Source: an uncultured Methanosarcinales archaeon (lineage in GTDB: Archaea > Nanobdellota > Nanobdellia > Woesearchaeales > GW2011-AR9). From it: 64,000 nt of DNA. The position numbers and the translations under genes are program-made. The DNA lies in the NCBI GenBank assembly GCA_964343575.1, contig CAYFJV010000001.1, positions 348,705 to 412,704 of the forward strand. Reading direction: 5' to 3'. Position 1 is the first letter of the stretch. Every line of letters begins with the position of its first letter. This document shows, in pieces, positions 18,874 to 27,781 of this stretch. Under the pieces are notes generated by a model. That model did no database searches. It had not been told where the DNA came from and saw nothing but the letters and a program-made list of their open reading frames with translations.

Positions 18874-19743
18874 TTGTTATTTTGGTGGTTTAGGGTGGAA
18901 GTTACTTCTAAGAAAGAGACAAGAAACGCAAAGATAGCTGTGTTTCAGGAGGAGGTATTGGCTTGGTTTGCTAAGCATGGAAGAGATTTACCTTGGCGCA
19001 GGACAAGTGATCCTTACAAAATTATGGTATCTGAGATTATGCTGCAGCAAACTCAGGTAGATCGAGTCATTCCAAAGTATCATGCATTTCTGGAGAAGTT
19101 CCCTGATTTGCAGTCCTTGGCTTCTGGAAGTAGTGCAGATGTGCTTCGCTTGTGGTCTGGACTTGGTTACAACAGCAGAGCGCTTCGTCTTCAGCGCGCT
19201 GTGCAGATGATTGTTAAAGTGTATGAAGGCAAATTTCCTGCCCATGTTGATGCTCTACTTAAGCTGCCAGGCATTGGGCCATACACTGCCCGATCAGTTT
19301 TGATTTTTGCTTTTAACAAGGATTTGGCAACCGTTGATACCAACATTCGTCGTATTTTAGTTCATGAATTTAGTGACTTTGGTGTTAATGAAGAGACAGG
19401 AGATAAAGAATTGTTTGTACTTGCCGAGGAGTGTTTACCTTATGGTCGTAGTCGTGAGTGGCACAATGCGCTCATGGATTATGGAAGTGCGGTGTTGACG
19501 AGTCGTCGAACAGGCATTGGAGCACGAACAAAACAGAGTAAGTTTAAGGGAAGCAGGCGTTGGTTTCGTGGAGACTTGTTGAAACGCTTGGTTGCTGGTC
19601 AAGAGCTCTCTGTTTCGGAGCTTTGCGTTTTGTGGGCTGAGCAGGGAAAGGATGAAGCTTGGGTAAGTGAACTTGTGCTTGGGATGGAAAGGCAAGGCCT
19701 GGTAAGTGTTGAAGAAGAAGGAAAAATAAAGTTAAAGGAATAA
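18874..19743 (+). CDS. mutY: A/G-specific adenine glycosylase, MutY-like (no Fe-S motif); start uncertain
   Basis: RDLPWR, SEIMLQQTQV, WSGLGYNSRA, HhH LPGIGPYTA, VDTNIRR. Confidence 0.88.
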   Translation: MLFWWFRVEVTSKKETRNAKIAVFQEEVLAWFAKHGRDLPWRRTSDPYKIMVSEIMLQQTQVDRVIPKYHAFLEKFPDLQSLASGSSADVLRLWSGLGYNSRALRLQRAVQMIVKVYEGKFPAHVDALLKLPGIGPYTARSVLIFAFNKDLATVDTNIRRILVHEFSDFGVNEETGDKELFVLAEECLPYGRSREWHNALMDYGSAVLTSRRTGIGARTKQSKFKGSRRWFRGDLLKRLVAGQELSVSELCVLWAEQGKDEAWVSELVLGMERQGLVSVEEEGKIKLKE

Positions 19744-19746
19744 AAT

Positions 19747-20259
19747 TTACTCAGTTTTAGAAAGTGCATTAGAGAGTTTCTCTGCAAGAGTTACTCCGTG
19801 AAGAGACATTTCCAATTCGGGTGTGACATAAGGAACATTGTGTCCAGGAGCATCGTAAAGTACCCGTATTGCTCTTATCACGATTGGTCCAACATCTCCT
19901 TCATTATCAATAAGATAACCAACTGTTCTATCCTCTGAGAGAGGAGCTTCAGCCACCCTCAGAACCTCATCTAGACAATCGTCACCCCAACCGTCAAACT
20001 GTGCTTGATAGACGGCAGCAGCTTTTCTTAGACTTAGCTTCTCTGGGGCACTTGCTTTTCCAGGGAGTTCAAATTCTTCTCCAGAACCAGCACTTATCTT
20101 TCTGGCTCTTCTTGAGATTGCTCCTCTGGAAGGAAGATCTAAAAGATATTGAATATCTCTTTGAGGAATCCCGGCCCTTAGTCCTCGATCAATTGCTTCG
20201 GTGTACTGCGACCCAAGGGGCCTAGACGCCCCCCTTTCTTGAGTTCCTGAATCGTTCAT
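19747..20259 (-). CDS. hypothetical protein, possible N-terminal HTH
   Basis: GIPQRDIQYLLDLPSRGAISRR resembles an HTH. Confidence 0.5.
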   Translation of the reverse strand: MNDSGTQERGASRPLGSQYTEAIDRGLRAGIPQRDIQYLLDLPSRGAISRRARKISAGSGEEFELPGKASAPEKLSLRKAAAVYQAQFDGWGDDCLDEVLRVAEAPLSEDRTVGYLIDNEGDVGPIVIRAIRVLYDAPGHNVPYVTPELEMSLHGVTLAEKLSNALSKTE

Positions 20260-20313
20260 GAGAAAAAGCAAGACGAAAGAGGTTTAAATATTTTTATAGC
20301 CACCACAGGCAAC

Positions 20314-21090
20314 TTAGATCTCAACTTTCACACCCAAAGGACAATGATCACTGCCCATAACCTCTTGCAGAATAAAAGCGTCCTTGAGCATCTTTCTATG
20401 TTCTTTATTGATAAAGAAATAATCAATTCGCCAGCCAACATTTCTTTTTCTTGCCCCACTACGCATGGACCACCAAGTATACTGGTCTGGTCGATCGTTG
20501 AACTCTCGGAAGGTATCAATGTAACCATATTCAATGTATTTGTCAATCCATGCTCGTTCTTCTGGTAAGAACCCAGAGATCTTTTGGTTAGCTTTTGGAC
20601 GAGCAAGGTCTATTTCTTTGTGCGCAGTGTTATAATCGCCACAGACAATGATTGCTTTACCTGTCTTTTTAAGTTTCTCTACGAACTTAAGATGTGCATC
20701 ATAATAATCCATCTTAAATTTTAGACGGGTTGCATTCATTTTTCCATTTGGAAAATAGACATTAATGATAAAGAACTTTTCATACTCTAAACAGACCATT
20801 CTTCCTTCACGATCGAGATCTGCTACTCCCACTTTTGTTTGGATGGAGAGTGGTTTTTCTCTGGTAAAGATTGCTGTACCACTATAACCTTTCTTCTCCG
20901 CCGAATCCCAAAAAGTAAGGTAACCATGGGCGTTTAGAAGGTGTTCGTCAAGTTGCTCTGGATGTGCCTTGGTTTCTTGTACACAAAGAATATCTGGATT
21001 TTCTGCTTTAAGCCAATCGTGGAATCCTTTACGGGCTGCTGCTCGAATACCATTTACATTCCAAGAAATAATTTTGAGAGTTTTTGCCAT
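20314..21090 (-). CDS. xth: Exodeoxyribonuclease III / AP endonuclease
   Basis: SWNVNGIRA, QETK, GYSG, GDYNTAH, YTWWS, GWRIDY, SDHCP. Confidence 0.95.
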   Translation of the reverse strand: MAKTLKIISWNVNGIRAAARKGFHDWLKAENPDILCVQETKAHPEQLDEHLLNAHGYLTFWDSAEKKGYSGTAIFTREKPLSIQTKVGVADLDREGRMVCLEYEKFFIINVYFPNGKMNATRLKFKMDYYDAHLKFVEKLKKTGKAIIVCGDYNTAHKEIDLARPKANQKISGFLPEERAWIDKYIEYGYIDTFREFNDRPDQYTWWSMRSGARKRNVGWRIDYFFINKEHRKMLKDAFILQEVMGSDHCPLGVKVEI

Positions 21091-21170
21091 TACTGCTCAA
21101 CTGGAGGAAGTTCTATTTCAATCTTTTGGAAACGTTACACATTTCCAAGAGCTAGAAATTTAGTTTTACT

Positions 21171-21896
21171 CTAAATTTCAAGCTTTCTGAAGATCAGGAG
21201 ATATTTGTGTGCTAAGAGCATGTCATGCAAATCTTCGTGCAGTGGAGCGGCATTGATGCAAGCAATCTTTTCTCCTTTAAACTGAAAATCCTCTTGAAGA
21301 AGCTTAGGTAATTCCCAAGCGAGTGTTTGATAACCTAAATTAGTTCTCTGGTTTTCAGCTAGAAGAATTATGTAAGAGCCAAACTTGATGCGTTCTTTGA
21401 GTTGCAAGAGGATCTTTGCAACCAGTTGTGCTGGGCTAAGCTCTTCACTTGGAAAATTTTCTTTGGCAAGCTTTTGCAGTTGCTGTGTTGAGGGAAGGAA
21501 AGAGAGCACTAAGTCTAGCCCAGGGAGAGAGTATTGCTGCCAGATATAGTCAATATCTTTAACTCTTGCAAAAAGAGGTAATTGTTTTGATCTTTGTTTT
21601 GCCCCATAATTGCTTAGATGAAGCTGGCCCTCAAGAGGTTTAAGTTTGTTCTCTATCTCTTTTATTGTTGTACTGTCATGATGCAAACCAATACCATTTC
21701 GCTCTAACTGATGAGCTGCTAGGAGTGTTTCCCCTTTACTTAAGAAAGGATCAAAAACAATCTCTCCAGGCTCACTAAAGGCAGCTATGAGCTCTTTTTT
21801 GAGTTCTTGCTGTTCTCGTGTTGAGAAGCGCTCTAGCGTAAACCAAGAACTTGGAGAGAGCAGTTTTTTTCTCAGAGAAGTATCTTGCAGTTTCAT
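21171..21896 (-). CDS. Degenerate DNA-methyltransferase-like protein
   Basis: VFDPFLSKGETLLAAHQLERNGIG resembles the SAM motif (normally DPFxGxG); no (S/D/N)PPY motif; ends HKYLLIFRK. Confidence 0.6.
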   Translation of the reverse strand: MKLQDTSLRKKLLSPSSWFTLERFSTREQQELKKELIAAFSEPGEIVFDPFLSKGETLLAAHQLERNGIGLHHDSTTIKEIENKLKPLEGQLHLSNYGAKQRSKQLPLFARVKDIDYIWQQYSLPGLDLVLSFLPSTQQLQKLAKENFPSEELSPAQLVAKILLQLKERIKFGSYIILLAENQRTNLGYQTLAWELPKLLQEDFQFKGEKIACINAAPLHEDLHDMLLAHKYLLIFRKLEI

Positions 21897-22035
21897 GGCT
21901 TTAAAGAGGTGTCTGTGGGCTTAAAAACTCTTTGTCAAAGGGAAGTATATTCTTTGGAGAATAGATGCATTGCGAGCAAGAAGTTGGAAAAAAAAAGAGT
22001 TAAAGAAAAAAAAGAAATTAAAAAAAGAAAAAGAC

Positions 22036-22512
22036 TTATCTTCTTCTTCGAGTTGTTTTTCGCTTTGCAGCTTTACGCTTAGGAGCTTTTCTTTTAGCTG
22101 CCTTACGCTTGGTTGTTTTCTTCTTTGCTGCTTTTCGCTTAGTGGTTTTCTTCTTCTTAGCCGCCTTGCGTTTAGTTGTTTTACGCTTAGTGGTCTTTCT
22201 CTTAGTAGTTTTCTTCTTCTTAGCAGCCTTTCGCTTAGTTGTTTTACGCTTGGTTGCTTTTTTCTTTTTTCTACCAGAAGATTTTCTTCCACGAGCCATT
22301 TTAGCTGCAGCAATGTTACCGTTCTTATCAACGAAGTAAAGGTAACCAGATTCTTTTTTGATACCAGCCTTTGCAACCTTCTTAGGTCGAGATTTTCCTT
22401 TTGTACGTCCAGCTCTACTCATCGCAGCACGAGAAACATCACCATCTTTGTCTACGAAGTAAAGGTAACCAGATTCTTTTTTTACACCAACTTTAGCAAC
22501 TACTTTTGCCAT
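22036..22512 (-). CDS. Basic histone-H1/HC2-like protein with duplicated N-terminal module
   Basis: Two copies of KxGxKKESGYLYFVDKxG, then KRKTT/KRKAA/KKKK repeats; GAGGTGG SD-like sequence upstream. Confidence 0.8.
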   Translation of the reverse strand: MAKVVAKVGVKKESGYLYFVDKDGDVSRAAMSRAGRTKGKSRPKKVAKAGIKKESGYLYFVDKNGNIAAAKMARGRKSSGRKKKKATKRKTTKRKAAKKKKTTKRKTTKRKTTKRKAAKKKKTTKRKAAKKKTTKRKAAKRKAPKRKAAKRKTTRRRR

Positions 22513-22716
22513 ATTAACTACCACCTCATGGTTTTTGTTTTCCTCTCTCAAGGTACTCTTTGATTAGGATTTCTTGGCATAATCAAAAAAGGTATTTAAA
22601 CTTTTCTTTTTCTCGACGGGCAATCGAGGGAGAATTTCCTTTTTTGGCAGAATGCTAAGAATATCGAGGAGAAGCTCAAAAACATTTAGCAACGAGAGCT
22701 TAAGGCGAAATACGGT

Positions 22717-23442
22717 CTAAAATTGTGCTGCTTTACCAGAAAAGTAATTGATCTCTTGCAAATCCCTTAAATTAAGACAGTGAAAATCCTGCACGATTCT
22801 TGGACAAGCAGTATTGATCCACACGTCAATAAAATTGAAATTCTCGAGAGAAGAGGTGTCTATGTGGTCAGCTAGGAAGACGAAAATGTTTTTCTTCTCC
22901 TCACCTTGCTCTACTCGCTTTCGCATCTCTTCTCGAAAATATTCAGTTGCCTTACTTTGGTTTTGTCCAGGTTTTCTGGTTACGAGCAGGCCAATGTTTT
23001 TACTGGTTAAGAACTTAGCAAGCATAATCTTCTTTTTCTTCTCTACTTGAGCAAGATAATTTTTGTCCAGGGTCTCGATCTTTTTAGACATAGGATTGTA
23101 AATAATTACATCTTTTTGATTGCTAAACAAAAGTGCAGTTGGGTGAAAGAGCCCATCACCGAGGTAGACAAAGGCTTCAAAGGCTTGTTCTTGCTTGTTT
23201 TCATCTTTAGCTTGGAACTTGAAAATGTCACAGCCAAGTACTTGGCCTGGATACTGCCCGTGTCTACTTTCAAAGAGATAGACGGTTTTTCCTTTACTCT
23301 CCAGAAATGCTTTGAGCTTTGGAAGGTAGTTAAGGTACTGAATGCTTCCAGCTAGCGTGATGGTGTTTGGAGTTTTCTGTGCTAACTCTTCTGGAAAGTG
23401 CATCTCTCCAGTGTACTGTACTTCTAGGAATAAGTGTTTCAT
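22717..23442 (-). CDS. dph2: Diphthamide synthesis Dph2, C-terminal part (domains 2-3)
   Basis: SIQY, GQVLGC, YLGDGLFHP, KPGQ, TACPRI; N-terminal domain absent. Confidence 0.85.
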   Translation of the reverse strand: MKHLFLEVQYTGEMHFPEELAQKTPNTITLAGSIQYLNYLPKLKAFLESKGKTVYLFESRHGQYPGQVLGCDIFKFQAKDENKQEQAFEAFVYLGDGLFHPTALLFSNQKDVIIYNPMSKKIETLDKNYLAQVEKKKKIMLAKFLTSKNIGLLVTRKPGQNQSKATEYFREEMRKRVEQGEEKKNIFVFLADHIDTSSLENFNFIDVWINTACPRIVQDFHCLNLRDLQEINYFSGKAAQF

Positions 23443-23453
23443 TTTCTATTCTT

Positions 23454-23627
23454 GAACTCTGTCAGAGCGGCAAGGTAGCCATCAACTCCGCCATAATTTT
23501 GCCAAGGCAAAATGCTCCGTTGATCATCACTTCATTGTCTTGCTGCTTCCCACCTCTTTGAAATCAGAGATTTCTAACCTGTTGCTCACTTCGTTCTCAA
23601 CACACCTCCCCTGAATGGACAGAGTTC
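23454..23627. other. 174-nt element closed by a 10-bp inverted repeat (ncRNA or MITE candidate)
   Basis: GAACTCTGTC...GACAGAGTTC; internal hairpins at 23496-23513 and 23560-23574. Confidence 0.4.
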
Positions 23628-23687
23628 TTTACTGAGAGGCAAGCGTCTTGAGTAATATTTTTAAAGCTCTCTTTATATACTTTATTG

Positions 23688-24275
23688 ATGACAAAGATCA
23701 ACTCTTGGATGGTAGAAGGATCTCGAAAATTGCGAGATAGAAAGCTCAAGAGAGTTGCAGAGTTTCTGGTTAAGATAAAAGTAAGTGCTAACCTGCTTAC
23801 CTTTCTTTCATTACTAAATGGGATTGCTGCTGCTTACTTCTTGTTTAATGATGCTTGGGGCGTATGGTTCTTTGCTCTCTTTTTGTTTTTACACCTCCTT
23901 TTTGATGCCTTAGATGGCGTTGTCGCAAGACTCGCTGGACCAACAAAGCTTGGGAAGTGGCTTGATTTCATAGTTGATAACTTTGTAGTAGTTCCTTCTT
24001 TGTTGCTTGCAGTGTATCTCTTTTTGGGAGATTATGCTGTTCTAGTTGCATTGGGACTATCTTTACTTACTCACTTGCTTTATGCAATGAGCAGTTTTCA
24101 TTTGCCAATTATGCATGTGCGCACTTGGCTTGCTTGCATTTTGATATTTGATATTTGGGTGAAATCAGAAGTTGTAGCTACTGTTGCTTTCCTAACCATT
24201 GGCGTGCTTTCTTTGTTCAGCTTAAGTCAGCAAGCTGCGTCTTACCATTTACTCTTTCGAAAACCTAAGAAATAA
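23688..24275 (+). CDS. CDP-alcohol phosphatidyltransferase
   Basis: ANLLT, DALDGVVAR...GKWLDFIVD signature. Confidence 0.9.
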   Translation: MTKINSWMVEGSRKLRDRKLKRVAEFLVKIKVSANLLTFLSLLNGIAAAYFLFNDAWGVWFFALFLFLHLLFDALDGVVARLAGPTKLGKWLDFIVDNFVVVPSLLLAVYLFLGDYAVLVALGLSLLTHLLYAMSSFHLPIMHVRTWLACILIFDIWVKSEVVATVAFLTIGVLSLFSLSQQAASYHLLFRKPKK

Positions 24276-24769
24276 GATACATGATTTGTTGCAATATGCA
24301 AGAGCGGACTTACTGTTAGGAGAATGAAAAGTGTTTCTCCAGGAACAACATAAAAAAACGTTGAGAGGAGAAGAGCTCCAAGGACAAAATCAACCTGGTC
24401 CCAAGGAAACCAAACTTTTCCTGGAGCAATGTTATTTTGTCTTTTGAAATAACTTTCTAACAAATCTCCTAGAATTGCTCCAGTTGCTAGAGAGAGCCCA
24501 AGTAAGAAAGATTGTCCAGAGTAATCTACAAGAGAGATGTTTGTGAAAAGAGCGACGTTTTGTAGATAGAGATGTTTTTGCACAAGAAAGATAAGGGTTC
24601 CAAAAACGATTGCAGTAACTATTCCCCTCCAGGTTTTGTTCTTCCCAAAGTGCTTTGTGCTTATTGGCTGAGCAAGGAAAGGAAGTTTTTGAAAGATAAC
24701 TGGCGCCATATTTGCGCAATAGGCTGGCAGAAAAAAGTAAAGTGCTTTTGCAATCAAGAGTAAAACCAT
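24242..24769 (-). CDS. carS: CDP-archaeol synthase
   Basis: PAYCANMAP, GKNKTWRG, GDLLESYFKR, WFPWDQVDF. Confidence 0.9.
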   Translation of the reverse strand: MVLLLIAKALYFFLPAYCANMAPVIFQKLPFLAQPISTKHFGKNKTWRGIVTAIVFGTLIFLVQKHLYLQNVALFTNISLVDYSGQSFLLGLSLATGAILGDLLESYFKRQNNIAPGKVWFPWDQVDFVLGALLLSTFFYVVPGETLFILLTVSPLLHIATNHVSYFLGFRKSKW

Positions 24770-24825
24770 AGGAAAAAAAGAAAGAAAAAGTTATTTAAAA
24801 CTTTAGCTTGGTAGTTTGCTTCTCT

Positions 24826-25257
24826 TCACTGGTTTCTCGGGTTCTGAAGTCTTTGTAATTCAGTGTTCACTGTGTCATAAGCTGCCTGTAAAGTTGCTGA
24901 GACCGATCTTTCCCAATCGTAAGCCACATCTCCTGGTGCCCCAATAAAGGATTGACAAGAATCGAGAGTCCCATTTGGAGCTTCTTGTCCATCTCCATCC
25001 TGGCAAACGGAGCCTTGCCAAATTCCTTCATTTGTTTTATACTCAACTACGAAAGTTGCAGGACTATTCTTACCAGGAACTCTCTCATAGCGAAAACGAT
25101 GTGGTTTACCAGAAATTGTTCCTCTAGCGCAGTATTCTCTATTCCCTCGCTCATTCAGAGAGAAATTGTCATAACCCTCTTGGCAAGTCTCTGCTAAAGC
25201 AGGGCTTGCTAGACCAAAGCCAGCAGCTAGTAAAAGTGTTTGTAATCTATTTTTCAT
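24826..25257 (-). CDS. Secreted hypothetical protein
   Basis: Signal peptide ending PALA; four cysteines. Confidence 0.6.
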   Translation of the reverse strand: MKNRLQTLLLAAGFGLASPALAETCQEGYDNFSLNERGNREYCARGTISGKPHRFRYERVPGKNSPATFVVEYKTNEGIWQGSVCQDGDGQEAPNGTLDSCQSFIGAPGDVAYDWERSVSATLQAAYDTVNTELQRLQNPRNQ

Positions 25258-25480
25258 TTTATTTTCCCCCACAGGTGTACAAACAAGAATGACCAACAAA
25301 AAAGGAAATTTGGAGTTTTATTTTAAATATTTCTCTAAAAAACAAGTGAATTTTGCTCATTTAAATGATTATCTAGGAATATCTAAGGGCTTCCCAAAAC
25401 ACTAAAAAGTATATAAAGAAAGGGAACTCTGGGAACTAAAGAGGCCAAGAGAGGAAAAATGGGCTCGTTTGGAGTTGTAT

Positions 25481-27655
25481 ATGTCATTCAAAATTGAGAA
25501 AAGGGATGGAAAAATCATTGATTTTAATCCCGAAAAAATCACCACCGCTATTTTCAAGGCTGCGCAATCTGTTGGTGGTGAAGATTATGAGATGGCTAAA
25601 CAACTTTCTGGCCTTGTTCAGGACTATCTCTACATCATGGAAAAGGAAGTAGTTCACGTTGAAGAGATCCAAGATTTAATTGAAAAAGTACTCATTGAAG
25701 AAGGTCATGCAAAAACTGCCAAAAGCTTTATTCTCTACCGTCAAAAGCGCAAGGAATTGCGCGAGGCAAAGTCTTTTGCAGGGATTGTTGACGATTGGAA
25801 AATCAGTCTTAATGCCTTAAAGATCTTACAAGGACGCTATTTGCAACGTGATGAAAATGGCACTATCTTTGAAAGTCCCAAGGAACTGCTTGGGAGAGTA
25901 TGCAAACATATTGCTCAGGCTGAAAAAACATTTGGTGGGGATGAAAGCGCAGTTGCTGCTGCGCAAGAAAAGTTCTTTCAGCTGCTTTGCTCTTTACGTT
26001 TTTTGCCTAATTCACCTCTGCTCATGAACGCAGGTACCAAGGAAAAACTGCTCTCAGCAATCGTTGCACTCCCCATAGAAGATTCTGTACGAAGTATTTA
26101 CAAGACCTTAAGTGATGCTGCTTTGTACCATCAACGTGGTGCCGGGACTGGTTTCTCTTTTTCCTCACTTCGTCCACGAGGAGATATTGTGAACAACACT
26201 TTTGGGGTTGCCAATGGACCATTAGAATTTTTGAAAGTCTATGATAAAGCGCTCAGCAAGATTAAGCAACGGGGACGTCGCCCTGGAGCAAACATGGCCA
26301 TCTTGCGTATTGATCATCCCGACATTCTTGATTTCATCACCTGTAAAGAGCGCCGCGATATTATTACCAACTTTAACTTATCTGTTGGAATTACCTCTAC
26401 CTTTATGGAAGCGGTAAAGAAAAATGAGAATTATAACGTAGTTAATCCTCGCAGTGGAGAAGTTATCGGTCAGCTTAACGCTAAGCGTACTTTTGATCTG
26501 ATCGCTACCATGGCTTGGAAAAATGGTGATCCAGGAATTGTTTTTTTAGATCGGCTTAACAATGAAAGAAGTAACCCCACCCCAGGAATTGGAAAAGTAG
26601 AAACCACCAGTCCTTGCGGTGAACAAGCCTTGCTTCCTTACGAATCAGTTGTTCTTGGTTCAATTAACCTTTCTTTACACACTATTAAAGATAGTGAGAA
26701 GAAAAAGTATGTTATTGATTGGAATAAGTTAAAGAACACCGTACACGCAGCAGTGCACTTTTTAGATAACGCAACGGAGATGAACGAGTTTCCTCTTGAA
26801 GAGAGCAAAAAATTGGTGAAAGGAAATCGAAAAATTGGTCTTGGAGTTATGGGTTTTGCAGATCTGCTCATCAAGATGCGTGTTGCTTACAACAGCAGTG
26901 AAGCCCTACAACTTGCAGATGCAATCATGCGCTTTGTTAATGAAGAAGCGCAAGCTGCTTCTCGTAGCCTGGCAGTTGGTCGCGGAGTCTTTCCTAACAT
27001 CTATAATTCTCTTTACGAGAGCGCAGAAAGCTTTCAACAAATGCGTAACGCAAGCAGAACCACTATCTCTCCCACAGGCACCATCTCTTTACTTGCTGGA
27101 TGCTCGCAAAGTATTGAACCACTTTACGCACTCTCTTATCTTCGAAAAACACCTCAATTTGAAATGCTTGAGGTAAACCCTCTCTTTGAGGAGATCGCTA
27201 AGGAAGAGGGCTTTTACAATGAAGCATTACTTCGCAAAATCTCTCGTCGGGGAAGCATCCAGAACATGGAAGAGATACCTCTTGAAATTAGAAAGATCTT
27301 TGTCACTGCAATGGATTTGAGTCCAGAAGATCATGTGCGCGTGCAGGCAGCTTTTCAAAAGCACGTTGATAACGCTGTTTCAAAGACAGTTAACTTTCCT
27401 TATTATGCAACCGTAGAGGATGTTGCTGAAGTTTTTATGCTCGCTTACGAGCTTGGTTGTAAAGGAATTACTATCTACAGAGATGGAAGTCATGATGGGC
27501 AAGTGCTCACCAGCAGCTTTACTAGCCAACACATGAACATGAAACAGGTTGAGGCTAAAAAGCAAGCAGAAAAAGAAAGGGCGGGGAGTAAAGAAGCCGT
27601 CGGGGCAGATGCTGCCCACCCACACATTGAGAGAAATAGTCACTTGTATGATTGA
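25481..27655 (+). CDS. nrdJ: Class II (adenosylcobalamin) ribonucleotide reductase homolog with ATP-cone and non-canonical active site
   Basis: ATP-cone KRDG...VEEIQD, FLPNSP.LMNAG, GTGFSFS, HPDI, PCGE, PTGTIS, SKTVN, KGITIYRDGS. Confidence 0.9.
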   Translation: MSFKIEKRDGKIIDFNPEKITTAIFKAAQSVGGEDYEMAKQLSGLVQDYLYIMEKEVVHVEEIQDLIEKVLIEEGHAKTAKSFILYRQKRKELREAKSFAGIVDDWKISLNALKILQGRYLQRDENGTIFESPKELLGRVCKHIAQAEKTFGGDESAVAAAQEKFFQLLCSLRFLPNSPLLMNAGTKEKLLSAIVALPIEDSVRSIYKTLSDAALYHQRGAGTGFSFSSLRPRGDIVNNTFGVANGPLEFLKVYDKALSKIKQRGRRPGANMAILRIDHPDILDFITCKERRDIITNFNLSVGITSTFMEAVKKNENYNVVNPRSGEVIGQLNAKRTFDLIATMAWKNGDPGIVFLDRLNNERSNPTPGIGKVETTSPCGEQALLPYESVVLGSINLSLHTIKDSEKKKYVIDWNKLKNTVHAAVHFLDNATEMNEFPLEESKKLVKGNRKIGLGVMGFADLLIKMRVAYNSSEALQLADAIMRFVNEEAQAASRSLAVGRGVFPNIYNSLYESAESFQQMRNASRTTISPTGTISLLAGCSQSIEPLYALSYLRKTPQFEMLEVNPLFEEIAKEEGFYNEALLRKISRRGSIQNMEEIPLEIRKIFVTAMDLSPEDHVRVQAAFQKHVDNAVSKTVNFPYYATVEDVAEVFMLAYELGCKGITIYRDGSHDGQVLTSSFTSQHMNMKQVEAKKQAEKERAGSKEAVGADAAHPHIERNSHLYD

Positions 27656-27781
27656 GATTGTTTTTTTGTAAATTTTGCAAATGATCTCTTGTTCGTGTAT
27701 GGTTCATCGTCACAATTTATTTAAGGGGAAAAGAAGAAAGAATAAATGGGAAGGTCACTGGCCTAGTTTGTTGGTGTTTGT

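Noticed and set aside
22036..22270. Short tandem repeats as a possible CRISPR array or VNTR
   Set aside because: They are in-frame codon repeats of the Lys/Arg-rich tail, with no repeat-spacer structure.
23439..23573. Possible selenoprotein (in-frame TGA before SDDQRSILPWQNYGG...) on the minus strand
   Set aside because: No start codon after the upstream TAG, no redox motif and no recognisable SECIS.
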